Positions 19,383 to 29,781 are shown, counted from the whole stretch's first letter. The stretch is 62,036 bases of DNA, filler included, from 6 parts of 6 records of this genome joined end to end with filler, not necessarily neighbours in it; one strand, 5' to 3'. Notes: generated by a model from the sequence alone, not told the origin. Made by a program: numbers and translations.

Positions 19383-20600
19383 TTACAGGACGCGATCTAG
19401 GGCCTCGATCAGCCCTGTCACCTCCGACTCGCTGGTATAATGGGTGAAACTCAGCCGCAGCACGCCCTGCGCGGGGTCGACCCCCATCGCCGAGAGGGCA
19501 CGCACGGCGTAAAAATCGCTCGCACCGGCCATGATGCCATGTTCGGACAACTGCCGTGCCACCGGTTCAGCGCTGCGCCCCAGGGCCAATGTGACAGTCG
19601 GAGCGCGCTCCTGCGCAACCGAGGGGCCAAGCAGGCGCAGGTCATTGCGATCCTTCACAGCGTCGAGCAACGGCTGAAGCAACGCAACCTCACGCTCGCG
19701 CATCAGGTCATGCACGAAGGTTCCCACTGCCGCGCCCCGAAGGTCGGATGCACCATGGTGATCTGCCAATGCCTCGAAGTAGTCCGCCATGCCGGCGCAG
19801 GCGGCGACCTGCGCATGATCCGGACCTGCGGGCGTGAAACGTTTGTAAGGAACATCGCCGTTAAAATAGTGCCCCTGGTTGGGCAGGATCTCGGCCAGTG
19901 CCGGATTGATGACCATAATGCCCTGATGCGGCCCATAGGTCTTATAGGCGGAAAACAGGTAGATATCCGGACCAAGCTCACCCAAATTCGGCAGGCCGTG
20001 CGGTGCGTAGGACACGCCATCGACGCAGACAAAGGCGCCGGCGGCATGGGCCAATGCGGTGATTTCGGTCACCGGGTTGATCTCGCCCACCACGTTGGAG
20101 CAATGCGGGAAACAGACCAGCCGCACGCTTTCATCCAACAGCGGCTCTAGCGCGTTCGGGTCAAGGTGGCCGGTGGCCGGGTCAATCTGCCACTCCACGA
20201 CCTCGATCCCCGCCTCCGCCAATCGACGCCAGGGGCCGGAATTTGCTTCATGATCCTGATTCGTGACGATGATCTTCTCGCCCGGTTGCAGGAACTGCCG
20301 AAAGGCCTGCGCCAGAACATAGGTGTTCTGGGTCGTCGAGGGGCCAAAGCTCACATCCTGTGAACGCACGCCAAGCAGCGCGCCAAGCCGATTGCGCGCC
20401 TCATCCATCTCTGCCCCTGCCGCCTCGGATGCGGCGTAGGGGGCGTAGGGCTGAACCTTGTGCTGCGTATAAAAGCGCATCAATCGGTCGATGACCTGAC
20501 GACAGGTGTAGGACCCGCCTGCGTTCTCGAAAAACGCCTGCCCTTGCAGCGAGGGCTCCGCGAAGGCCGGAAACTGATTTCGGACAAAGTCGATATCCAT
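19383..20600 (-). CDS. Class V PLP aminotransferase / cysteine desulfurase-like protein
   Basis: FFENAGGS, DHEAN, VDGVSYAPH, FSAYKTYGPHQG, LRLSFTHY. Confidence 0.88.
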   Translation of the reverse strand: MDIDFVRNQFPAFAEPSLQGQAFFENAGGSYTCRQVIDRLMRFYTQHKVQPYAPYAASEAAGAEMDEARNRLGALLGVRSQDVSFGPSTTQNTYVLAQAFRQFLQPGEKIIVTNQDHEANSGPWRRLAEAGIEVVEWQIDPATGHLDPNALEPLLDESVRLVCFPHCSNVVGEINPVTEITALAHAAGAFVCVDGVSYAPHGLPNLGELGPDIYLFSAYKTYGPHQGIMVINPALAEILPNQGHYFNGDVPYKRFTPAGPDHAQVAACAGMADYFEALADHHGASDLRGAAVGTFVHDLMREREVALLQPLLDAVKDRNDLRLLGPSVAQERAPTVTLALGRSAEPVARQLSEHGIMAGASDFYAVRALSAMGVDPAQGVLRLSFTHYTSESEVTGLIEALDRVL

Positions 20601-20756
20601 GGCGTCTCTCGTCTCTATTCCAGAATGTTCGCGACAGAGAGTGCAAGTTCACGCCATAAGATCAAGCCTAGAAACGAAGAATTGCGACGCTTTAACCCGA
20701 CGCAACGCGCGCCCCGGCCTGTGGGCCGAGGTGAGATATGTCTCCCTGTGGACGGT

Positions 20757-21585
20757 TCAGCCGTTCACATCGACAACCACGCGGCCCTTGACCTGACCGG
20801 CGAGGATATCCGCGCCCAGTTTTGGCAGATCGGACAATGTTGCGGGCTGAACCATGGCCTCCAGCTTGTCCATAGGCAGGTCGGTTGCAATGCGTTGCCA
20901 GGCGCGCTGACGGTTCTCGAACGGCTGCATCACGGAATCGATACCCAGCAGGTTCACGCCACGCAGCAGGAAGGGGATCACCGTGGCGGGCAGTGCCGCA
21001 CCCCCGGCAAGACCCACGGCGGCGACCGAGGCACCGTATTTCATCTGGCCGAGCACCCGCGCCAGCATGTCACCGCCGACCGCATCGACGCAGCCTGCCC
21101 AGTTCTCGCTCTCAAGCGGACGTTTGACGGTCTCGTTGAGCTCATTGCGCGGTACGATCTGGGTGGCGCCGAGGCTCTTGAGGTAGTCGCCTGTCTCCGG
21201 ACGGCCCGTCACGGCGGCAACCTCATAGCCCAGATGGCCAAGGATCGCCGTGGCGACAGAGCCGACGCCACCGGCAGCCCCCGTCACCAGCACCGGGCCC
21301 TGCCCCGGCTTCAGCCCGTGATCTTCCAGCGCCATCACGGCGAGCATGGCGGTGAAACCAGCAGTGCCAACAGCCATGGCCTGACGCGCATCCAGCCCGT
21401 CCGGCAGCGGCACCAGCCAGTCGGCCTTCACGCGCGCCTTTTGCGCATAGCCGCCCCAATGGGCCTCGCCCACGCGCCAGCCGGTCAGCACCACCTTGTC
21501 GCCCGCCTTGTAGCGACCGTCCGAAGACGCCTCGACGGTGCCGGCAAAATCGATCCCCGGCACATGGGGATAATTGCGCACCAAC
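20757..21585 (-). CDS. acuI: Acryloyl-CoA reductase AcuI (YhdH/MDR family), 5'-truncated
   Basis: PGIDFAG, AMAVGTAGFTAML, VTGAAGGVGS, PFLLRGVNLLGIDSV. Confidence 0.88.
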
Positions 21586-21685
21586 NNNNNNNNNNNNNNN
21601 NNNNNNNNNNNNNNNNNNNNNNNNNNNNNTTAATTAATTAANNNNNNNNNNNNNNNNNNNNNNNNNNNNNNNNNNNNNNNNNNNN
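21586..21685. other. Artificial contig linker
   Basis: N-run / TTAATTAATTAA / N-run. Confidence 0.98.
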
Positions 21686-22190
<505 letters not shown>

Positions 22191-22216
22191 GCGCCCCGGC
22201 GCCGCCGCCAGATACC

Positions 22217-23350
22217 ATGTCTGCTTCCACCGCTCTGCCCCGCTTCACCCTGCCGATGGCGCCCCGGGACTTCCTGGCGCGCCACTGGCAGCGGGCGCCC
22301 CTGTTCATGCCCGGCGCCGCCAGCGGCCTGGACCACCCGGACGCCGACACCCTGGCCGGGCTGGCACTGGAACCGGAAGTGGAATCGCGGCTGATCCGCG
22401 GCGCCGGCAACGGCCCCTGGCATCTGGAGCAGGGCCCGCTGGAAGAACAGCGCTTCGCGGAACTGGGTGACCGGGACTGGACGCTGCTGGTGCAGTCGGT
22501 GGACCACTACCTCACCGAGGTGTCGCTACTGCTGGATGATTTCGGCTTCGTACCCGGCTGGCGCCTGGACGACATCATGATCAGCTACGCCGCCGAAGGC
22601 GGCAGCGTCGGCCCCCACTTCGACCAGTACGACGTCTTCCTGATCCAGGCCGCCGGCCAGCGGCACTGGCAGCTGGGCCCGCAGTGCGACGAACACAGCC
22701 GCCTGCGCGGCGACGTGCCCCTGAAAATGCTGGCGCACATGCCCGTGGAGCAGGAATACACCGCCGGCCCCGGCGATGTGCTCTACCTGCCGCCCGGCAT
22801 GGCCCACCACGGCGTGGCGCTGGACAGCGACTGCATTACCTGGTCGGTGGGTTTCCGGGCCCCGGACTACCGGGACCTGCTGGCGGAAATGGTCGCTGAA
22901 ACGCTGGCCGACACCGACGAACAGCTGCATGCCGACCCGGGCCGGGCGCCGGTGGACGACCCCGGCGAGCTGAGCACCACCGACCGGGACGCCATGCTCG
23001 ACCGCGCCTTCGGGCTGCTGGATCGCGGCGCCGCCGGGCGCGCCCTGGCCCGCTGGTTGAGCGTGCCCCGGCAGACAGGACTTGATTTTCTGATCGACCC
23101 GGCGCACATTCGCGCCGCCGACCCCGCCACGGCCCTGATCCGTCATGGCGGCGCGCGGCTTCTCTGCCACGGCGACACCGCCTGGCTCAACGGGGAACCC
23201 TGGCCTCTCAATCAGGGCCAGAAGCCGCTGGCGCGGCTGCTTGCACGCCAGCGCCGCTATCGACACGACGAGCTGGCTGAGGTGCTCAATGCCGACAGCC
23301 GCGACCTGCTTAACCACTGGATAGACCAGGGCTACTTTGCCGAGCTTTAA
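22217..23350 (+). CDS. roxA: JmjC/cupin ribosomal protein uL16 hydroxylase (YcfD/RoxA-like)
   Basis: WRLDDIMISYA..GSVGPHFDQYDVFLIQ, PGDVLYLPPGMAHHG, SVGFRAP; follows purB. Confidence 0.85.
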   Translation: MSASTALPRFTLPMAPRDFLARHWQRAPLFMPGAASGLDHPDADTLAGLALEPEVESRLIRGAGNGPWHLEQGPLEEQRFAELGDRDWTLLVQSVDHYLTEVSLLLDDFGFVPGWRLDDIMISYAAEGGSVGPHFDQYDVFLIQAAGQRHWQLGPQCDEHSRLRGDVPLKMLAHMPVEQEYTAGPGDVLYLPPGMAHHGVALDSDCITWSVGFRAPDYRDLLAEMVAETLADTDEQLHADPGRAPVDDPGELSTTDRDAMLDRAFGLLDRGAAGRALARWLSVPRQTGLDFLIDPAHIRAADPATALIRHGGARLLCHGDTAWLNGEPWPLNQGQKPLARLLARQRRYRHDELAEVLNADSRDLLNHWIDQGYFAEL

Positions 23351-23360
23351 CGAGAACGCC

Positions 23361-23786
23361 ATGGCCTTTAGCATTATCGAAACCTCCTGGGACGAACACC
23401 GCGCCGAACTCAGCGCTCTGCGCGAGCGCATCTTCATCGGCGAACAGGGCGTCCCCGAAGAACTGGAATGGGACGGCGCCGACCCGGCCTCTCGTCATTT
23501 TCTGGCGCTCGACGACAACCAGCAGCCGATCGGCTGCATCCGGTTGCTGGGCAGCGGCCAGATCAGCCGGCTGTGCGTGTTGGAAACCCGCCGCAACAGC
23601 GGCATCGGCCGCGCCCTGCTGGTGGCCGCCGAGGAGGCCGCCCGCGCCGCCGGCATGCGGGAAATCTTCCTCTACGCCCAGACCCACGCCACCAGCTTCT
23701 ACGAAGGCGCCGGGTTCTCCGCCTCCGGGGGGATTTTCATGGACGCCCACATCCCCCACCGCCAGATGTTCAAGCTGCTCACCTGA
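23361..23786 (+). CDS. GNAT family N-acetyltransferase
   Basis: LRERIFIGEQGVP, RRNSGIGRALL acetyl-CoA motif, AQTHATSFY, IPHRQM. Confidence 0.9.
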   Translation: MAFSIIETSWDEHRAELSALRERIFIGEQGVPEELEWDGADPASRHFLALDDNQQPIGCIRLLGSGQISRLCVLETRRNSGIGRALLVAAEEAARAAGMREIFLYAQTHATSFYEGAGFSASGGIFMDAHIPHRQMFKLLT

Positions 23787-23798
23787 AGCGGCGCTGCC

Positions 23799-24290
23799 AT
23801 GGACCTCCGGATCGGCGAAGACAGCACCCTTCTCCATCCGTCTTCGGCGACGGCGGCCCTGGCGGCGTTGATCCGCGCCGGCGGGCGGCGCCTGTGGCTG
23901 CGCGTGCCTCAGCTGGACCCCCTCAGCAACGACGGCGACGTCCTGGACGCCCTCAAAAGCCTGGCTCTGTCATCGCCGCGCGCCGATCTGCGCGTGCTGT
24001 TCGACGACGCCGGGCATGCGGTGAAAACCGGCCACGGCCTGATCCACCTGGGCCGCCGCCTGCCGTCACGGCTTCAGTTGCGCCAGACACAAGCGGACGA
24101 TGCGGACCCGCGCCTGTGCTTCGCGGTCGCCGACCGCACCGGCCTGTTCGAGGCCCACGGCTGGCCCCGCCCGGAGCGGCTGACCCTGTGTGCCCATGCC
24201 CTGCCCCTGGGCCCACGCCGGGCCGATGAGTTCGCCCACGTCTGGGAACGGGGCCGCGCCAACCGGGAGCTGCGCGAACTGCGGCTCTAG
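23799..24290 (+). CDS. Conserved hypothetical protein that accompanies the GNAT gene
   Basis: Co-oriented 12 nt after the GNAT gene; GHGLIHLGRRLPSRL and FAVADRTG patterns; GC3-biased codons. Confidence 0.65.
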   Translation: MDLRIGEDSTLLHPSSATAALAALIRAGGRRLWLRVPQLDPLSNDGDVLDALKSLALSSPRADLRVLFDDAGHAVKTGHGLIHLGRRLPSRLQLRQTQADDADPRLCFAVADRTGLFEAHGWPRPERLTLCAHALPLGPRRADEFAHVWERGRANRELRELRL

Positions 24291-24958
24291 ACGGTCTTTT
24301 CAGCGTTTGCGGTCAACGCCCAGAGCCGGTGACCACTATGCCGATACTTGCTCTCGAAGTCGGTGAGTGATTCACCGTCCGTCGTCAGTTCGCTCACCGA
24401 CGCCGAAAGGCCCGCGAACGCCAGCGCCTCGGCCATCTCCCGGGCGTACAACTCCCAGTTGGTGCGCAGCACCAGGGTACCGCCCAACGCCAACAAATGC
24501 GGAAACACCGGGTGACCGTGCCAGCGGCGTTTCAAGTGGGCGCTCTTCGGCCAGGGGTTCGGGTATAGGAGGTAATGCCGCCAGGGCCGCCAGCCGGCCG
24601 CCTCCGCCAAGCGCCAGAAGCCGGCGCAGTCGGTGCGCACCAGCAGCAGATTATCAGGCGGATCGAAACGGCGCTCCGCGCGCGCCAAGCGGTGGGCCGA
24701 TTGGTCCAGCCCCAGCACCAGCGCCTCCGGATGCCGTCGCGCCAACAGCATCGACGAGCGGCCGGTGCCGCAGCCCGAATCCAGAATCAGGGGCCGCCGG
24801 GAAGTCCCCACCCAGGCCTGCGCCCGGGCAAACGCCTCGCGGTCATGGTCGCCAAGCGGCGCCCGCCAGGGGTGCTCCAGGTGGCGACGCACCGTCGCTT
24901 CCAGAGCGGGGTGCACCCCTTCCTGGTTGGTGGTCACCGCCCGGCTGTTAGCAAACAT
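24287..24958 (-). CDS. TrmB-like SAM-dependent methyltransferase
   Basis: LILDSGCGTG SAM motif, YPNPWPK..HLKRRWHGHP, LRTNWELY, TDFESKY. Confidence 0.8.
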   Translation of the reverse strand: MFANSRAVTTNQEGVHPALEATVRRHLEHPWRAPLGDHDREAFARAQAWVGTSRRPLILDSGCGTGRSSMLLARRHPEALVLGLDQSAHRLARAERRFDPPDNLLLVRTDCAGFWRLAEAAGWRPWRHYLLYPNPWPKSAHLKRRWHGHPVFPHLLALGGTLVLRTNWELYAREMAEALAFAGLSASVSELTTDGESLTDFESKYRHSGHRLWALTANAEKTV

Positions 24959-25073
24959 GCTGTGTCTCGAGAAGGGGCATTATTTAGGACAACTTGATTC
25001 ACATTTCCGGCCCGCGGGCCACCCTGCCGCGACGATATTGGCTACAATTCCGCGCGTTACGGAGTTTGCCATT

Positions 25074-27176
25074 ATGCGTTTTTTGTTGGTTTTTTTCTGC
25101 CTTTTCCTGATCACCGCCTGCCAGGACAATCCGGCCCCCGACAGCGACTACGAGGACGATTTCCTGCTCGTCGCCCATCAGACCATGACGCCTCTGGACG
25201 ACGACTACAGCCAGGACATGAACCTCAAGGCCCTGGTCCGCAACCGTATCGCGGACGGGCCCGACGACGGCCGCTGGATCCGCACCACCCTGCCCTGGCT
25301 GCGCCTGGGCAGCGGCGAGCTGGATACCCGCGACCTGGACCGGCTTGGCGAGCGCGCCGAACCGCTGATGAAATTTCTCTCCACCGGCACCCTGAGCCGC
25401 ATCGAGGACGTTGAAATCACCGACACCCGGATCGCCGACCAAGCGCTCTACGAGACGCTGGTGGAGCGCTTCGGCGACAAGGTGCAGCAACTGCTGGATC
25501 AGGCCACCGCCACGGCGGTCCCCCTGCCCCGTGACCCGCGCCCCGGCGACACCTGGCACGCGGACGCCGCGCTGTGGGGCCTGCCCAGCGTCGCCGCCGA
25601 CTACGAGGTGCTGGACCGGGACGGCGACCGGGTATTGATCGCCCTCACCCTGGACGGCGACGGCGTCACCGGCCAGGCGCGCATGGTCGCCCGCTGGCCC
25701 TCCGGCATGCCCGAAGCGCTGCGCCTGCACAGCACCGTGACCCTGCCGGAGCAGAACGCGCGGGTGGAGCAGCGTCTGCTGCTGATCAGCCAAAGCCATT
25801 ACCCCTACCCGGTGAGGGACTGGGATGTGGATCCGATACAGGCGGAAATGCAGGCGGAGTACACCGAGCGCCGGCTGGCCGATCCGTTCTTCATGGAGGC
25901 CGGATCGCTGCAACCGCTGCGCGACGCCGGGCATGTGAATACCTTGCTCGACAGCCTGGAGGACAGCCTCTTCCATCACACCGACGAGCACCGCCTGGTG
26001 ACCACCGGGGACTGGGCGCTCGCCGCCCCGCTGCAACAGCAAACCAGCTTCCACCTCACCGGCCTCGGCGACGACGCGCCGGCGGGCCTGGCCTTGAACC
26101 GCCTGGCGGAATCCGGCGGCTTCTACGGCCTGGCGGAACCGGGCCCGCAGGACCTGGGCCGCGACCTGCTGATTCCCACCCCGAACCACCCGATGCCCGG
26201 CGACGAGCCGATCACCGTGAACGGCCAGGCCAGTATCTGGGTGCCGGGAGAAGCCATCACCGTGAAACAGGGCGATGACCTGCCCGAAGGCACCCGGGTG
26301 CTGGAATGGGACGAACGGCGCGTGGACCTGCACCTGGAAAATGAGGGGCGGCTGAGCGCCCGCCCGCTGGATGCCGACGGCGAGCCGCTGGACTTCGCGG
26401 TGGTGTACCGGGCGCCCAAGCAGGGCGACACCTCCGCCGACACCTTTGTCGAACGCCTGACCCTGGGCGCGCCGCCGGCGGAGGTCAGCCTGCTGACCGA
26501 GGCGCCGATCGCGTCGCTGCGGCTGACGCCGCTGCAGCGGGAACAGCGGGCGCTGACCTTCACCGTGCGGCCACTGCCGGACGAGCCGATAGAGGACCCG
26601 GCCGGCGTACGGCACGAAGCGTCACCGCTGCCGCCGGTCCCGGAGCGGCTCGACGGCCTGCTTGAAGGGATGGAACTGAGCGGCCAGGACCCAAACCGGC
26701 TGCGCGTCACCGGTCCGGCGGGCCTGCGCCTGTGCACGCTGACCCCGGAAGACGGCGCCGCCCACCACGGCACGCCCCTGCGCTTCACCTGGGCCGGCGG
26801 CGACCGGGATCGGGGCACCCGGCCCGGCTTCGAGCTGCGCACCGAGGACGATCAGATCCGCTATTTCTACGACCGCAGGATCACCGTCGAGGCGCGCTGC
26901 CCCACCCGGGTGGAGACCGTCACGCTGACCCCGGACGCCCCCGGCTGCGCCCGCTTCGAGGGGGACAACGGCGTGGTGCTGGGCGACGACTGCGGCGGTA
27001 TCGCGCACCTGGACTTCGCCGCCGTCGACGACACCGGCCTGGCGCTGCAGCCGCTCGGCGAGGACGAGAACGGCGTGCACCGCTTCTGGGGCCCGGTTAA
27101 GAAAGTCCGCTTCCTGCGTGGCCGGGACCCGCAAAGCCGCACCCTGACCGCGGAACTGCCGGAGTTGCCACAATGA
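25074..27176 (+). CDS. Large (700 aa) lipoprotein of unknown function
   Basis: MRFLLVFFCLFLITAC signal and lipobox; long ORF with strong GC3 bias; the upstream part of the track ORF overlaps the TrmB-like gene and is excluded. Confidence 0.8.
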   Translation: MRFLLVFFCLFLITACQDNPAPDSDYEDDFLLVAHQTMTPLDDDYSQDMNLKALVRNRIADGPDDGRWIRTTLPWLRLGSGELDTRDLDRLGERAEPLMKFLSTGTLSRIEDVEITDTRIADQALYETLVERFGDKVQQLLDQATATAVPLPRDPRPGDTWHADAALWGLPSVAADYEVLDRDGDRVLIALTLDGDGVTGQARMVARWPSGMPEALRLHSTVTLPEQNARVEQRLLLISQSHYPYPVRDWDVDPIQAEMQAEYTERRLADPFFMEAGSLQPLRDAGHVNTLLDSLEDSLFHHTDEHRLVTTGDWALAAPLQQQTSFHLTGLGDDAPAGLALNRLAESGGFYGLAEPGPQDLGRDLLIPTPNHPMPGDEPITVNGQASIWVPGEAITVKQGDDLPEGTRVLEWDERRVDLHLENEGRLSARPLDADGEPLDFAVVYRAPKQGDTSADTFVERLTLGAPPAEVSLLTEAPIASLRLTPLQREQRALTFTVRPLPDEPIEDPAGVRHEASPLPPVPERLDGLLEGMELSGQDPNRLRVTGPAGLRLCTLTPEDGAAHHGTPLRFTWAGGDRDRGTRPGFELRTEDDQIRYFYDRRITVEARCPTRVETVTLTPDAPGCARFEGDNGVVLGDDCGGIAHLDFAAVDDTGLALQPLGEDENGVHRFWGPVKKVRFLRGRDPQSRTLTAELPELPQ

Positions 27177-28840
27177 AACACCGCTGTTTGCTGGCGCTGG
27201 CGCCCCTGCTGCTGATGCTGGCCGCCACCGGCCACGCCGAGCGCCGCTATTTCACCCAGTACGACTCCCCGGCGAAAGCGCCGGAACAGGCGCTCTACTA
27301 CGTGGATCTGCCGTTACCGGAAAACCCCGACGGCCCCGGTTATCTGTACCGCGCCTATTACCGGGAAAACGACGCACTCTACGCGGAAGGCGCCCGCGCC
27401 GGCGCCGGCCTGGGCGCGGACTGGTTCGGCGACTGGCGCTACCTGTATCCCGACGGCGACATCAAACAGCGCGGCCACAGTGACGACCAGGGCCGCCTCG
27501 ACGGCGATGTTATCTCATACTTCGAGAACGGCCGGATTGAGAAGGTCAAACCCTACACCGCCGGCAAACTGGACGGCACCGAAAAGCGCTACGACGAAGA
27601 CGGCGACCTGCTGCTTGAGCTGCCCTATAGGGACGGCGCCCGCCACGGCATGCGGATCAATTATTACGGCGAAGGCGGAGGCCCGGAAGGCGGCCAGATC
27701 TACGAGGAACGTCGCTATAAAAACGGCGATTACGACCACTTCTACAATCGCTACGACCGCGACGGCCAGCGCATCGGCCACGCCGGCTACACCGCCCCCG
27801 GCGTGTTCATGGCCTGGAGCAAGGACCGCGAAGGGCGCTACAGCCGGCGCGAAGCCAGCTTCCAGCGCGACGCCCAGGGCCGCTACCGCAACGATGCGCC
27901 GGTATGGCTGCGGGTGATCGCCGATCACGACGGCGGCGGCCCGCCCGAACGCGTGGTTTTGAGCTATCCCCGGGAAAAGAGCGAATGGACCACCGGTTTC
28001 AGGAACGGCAAGGTGGTACGCCTGGAACATGACGTGGACGGTATCCCCCAGGGGCACCGAATCGTCAGCCAATACGGCGGCGGCCGCGAAGAAGGCCGCA
28101 TGGTCGACGGCCTGCGCACCGGCACCTGGCGCGGCTACGACGACCAGGACCGTCTGATCTCGGTGTCGCACTTCAAGAAGGGCCGATTGGACGGCGAGGT
28201 CCGCGAGCGCAGCGGCCCGGAAGGGGAACGCTGGACCTATAAGCACTACCGGCAAGACAAACAGCATGGTCCCTGGCGCACTGAAAACGCCGACGGCGAA
28301 GTGCTCGAATCCGGCCGCTATCGCGATGGCGTGCCGGTCGGTGAATGGCACACCCTGCGCGACACCGGCGAGCAGGAAACCGCCACCTACGTGGACGGCG
28401 AACTGCATGGTGAGTGGCGCCTGCGTTCCGCCTCCGGGGCGCTGATCGCCGAGCGGCACTACGACCATGGCGATGCCACCGGCACCTGGAAGCGCTTCCA
28501 GGACGGCGAACTGAGCTACCGCGCCACCTTCAAGGACGGTAAACGCCAGGGCGAGGTGTTCGAGATCAGCCTCAACGGCAACCACACCTTTGCCCATTTC
28601 CAGGCCGGCCGGCTGGACGGCCCTTACCGGGAGACCACGCCGGAGGGCTACCCGCTTCTGCAAGGCCACTATCGGGACGGCCAGCGTCATGGCCGTTTCG
28701 TCGAATACAACGCCCAGGGCCGCGTGGAGCGCATTACCCCCTACCGGAACGGGCAGCGCCAGGGCGAGGGCTGGCTCCGGGGCCGCGACGGCGAGCTGGT
28801 GAAAGCGCGTTGGGAGGACGGACGCCGGATGACGCCCTAG
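27173..28840 (+). CDS. Secreted MORN-variant (YwqK-like) repeat protein
   Basis: Signal peptide ending ATGHA; many G-x-W/Y-x-x-Y-x-x-x-G...G-x-Y-x-D-G repeats; ATGA overlap with the lipoprotein gene. Confidence 0.85.
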   Translation: MKHRCLLALAPLLLMLAATGHAERRYFTQYDSPAKAPEQALYYVDLPLPENPDGPGYLYRAYYRENDALYAEGARAGAGLGADWFGDWRYLYPDGDIKQRGHSDDQGRLDGDVISYFENGRIEKVKPYTAGKLDGTEKRYDEDGDLLLELPYRDGARHGMRINYYGEGGGPEGGQIYEERRYKNGDYDHFYNRYDRDGQRIGHAGYTAPGVFMAWSKDREGRYSRREASFQRDAQGRYRNDAPVWLRVIADHDGGGPPERVVLSYPREKSEWTTGFRNGKVVRLEHDVDGIPQGHRIVSQYGGGREEGRMVDGLRTGTWRGYDDQDRLISVSHFKKGRLDGEVRERSGPEGERWTYKHYRQDKQHGPWRTENADGEVLESGRYRDGVPVGEWHTLRDTGEQETATYVDGELHGEWRLRSASGALIAERHYDHGDATGTWKRFQDGELSYRATFKDGKRQGEVFEISLNGNHTFAHFQAGRLDGPYRETTPEGYPLLQGHYRDGQRHGRFVEYNAQGRVERITPYRNGQRQGEGWLRGRDGELVKARWEDGRRMTP

Positions 28841-28920
28841 AGCGCGCCCTGCCCGACCGGTATTCAGCGACGGCGGCTTATGGCTATGATGCGGGTTCCA
28901 GCCGAACAGGGACTTTCGTG

Positions 28921-29691
28921 ATGCCGTTACTGCCACCACCACCGCTACCCGGCGGCTCCCGGGCCCGACGTCTTGCTCTGGCCCTGCTGGTGCTGCTGTC
29001 GCTGTCCGGCGCCGCCCGCGCCGACGACATGTCGATCCATGTGATCCAGCGCGCCGACGCCGAAGCGGTGCTTCCGGTGATCCGCCCGCTGCTGCCCGAA
29101 GGCGGCTACGCCAACGCCTACCAGGGCAAGCTGGTGATCCGCACCAACGACCGCAACTTCGACGAGATTCTCGGCGCCCTCGGCGACATGCCCGAGGTGC
29201 CGCGCACCGTCACCGTGCAGTTGCGCCGCCAGGGCGACAGCAGCGGCGCCGGCGGCGACATCCGCATCAACGGCCAGAGCGTGCGCGCCGGCGCCAACAC
29301 CGTCACCACCCGCCGCCAGGACCGCTACAGCATCAACACCCTGTCCGGCCACCCGGCGGGCATCAGCCAGGGCAGCCTGGTGGCCCTCACCGGCACCCAG
29401 TTCCCGGCGCTGCTGGCGCTCAAACAGGGCATCGACATCACCCCGGTGGTCACCAGCGACGGCCGGGTGCGCCTGACCATCGAACAGCGTTTCGACGAAC
29501 CCGCCGGCCGACGGAGCGCCCGCACCCAGGAAGCCAGCAGCACCCTGGTGGTGACGCCGGGGCAATGGCAGCCGCTCGGGCAGATCACCGTGAGCGAAAG
29601 CCAGTCCGCCACCGGCCTGGGCGGCGCCAGCACGCGCAGCGACCGCTTTTCCCTGCCCCTGGAAGTCAAAGTGGAGATCGGCGGCGAATAA
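28921..29691 (+). CDS. Short secretin-N/NolW-domain protein with a reduced secretin-like beta domain
   Basis: Signal peptide; AEAVLPVIRPLL..KLVIR N3-like repeat; TLSGHPAGISQG, GIDITPVV..GRVRLTI, SSTLVVTPGQWQPLG. Confidence 0.7.
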   Translation: MPLLPPPPLPGGSRARRLALALLVLLSLSGAARADDMSIHVIQRADAEAVLPVIRPLLPEGGYANAYQGKLVIRTNDRNFDEILGALGDMPEVPRTVTVQLRRQGDSSGAGGDIRINGQSVRAGANTVTTRRQDRYSINTLSGHPAGISQGSLVALTGTQFPALLALKQGIDITPVVTSDGRVRLTIEQRFDEPAGRRSARTQEASSTLVVTPGQWQPLGQITVSESQSATGLGGASTRSDRFSLPLEVKVEIGGE

Positions 29692-29698
29692 AGCGAAT

Positions 29699-29724
29699 TG
29701 TGGGAGCGGGCCCGCTCCCGCGAA
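29699..29724. repeat. REP-like element
   Basis: TGTGGGAGCGGGCCCGCTCCCGCGAA, same family as 2300-2323. Confidence 0.65.
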
Positions 29725-29725
29725 C

Positions 29726-29755
29726 AAAAAAGCCCGGCTCAAGGCCGGGCTTTTT
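29726..29755. terminator. Bidirectional Rho-independent terminator
   Basis: AAAAAAGCCCGGC-TCAAG-GCCGGGCTTTTT between convergent genes. Confidence 0.9.
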
Positions 29756-29781
29756 CGTGGTGCTGCAAGCGTCGTGGAGAA

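Noticed and set aside
19353-19415. RpoE (sigmaE)-type promoter for the photolyase (TGATCG...TAACG)
   Set aside because: Spacing appears too long versus known Rhodobacter sigmaE promoters; not supportable by eye.
24633-25073. N-terminal 147 aa of the 847-aa ORF
   Set aside because: Antisense to the TrmB-like gene; the lipoprotein signal peptide starts at 25074.
27173-28840. Classical toxin-antitoxin module (YwqK antitoxin label)
   Set aside because: The protein is exported, and no toxin or nuclease gene is recognisable next to it.
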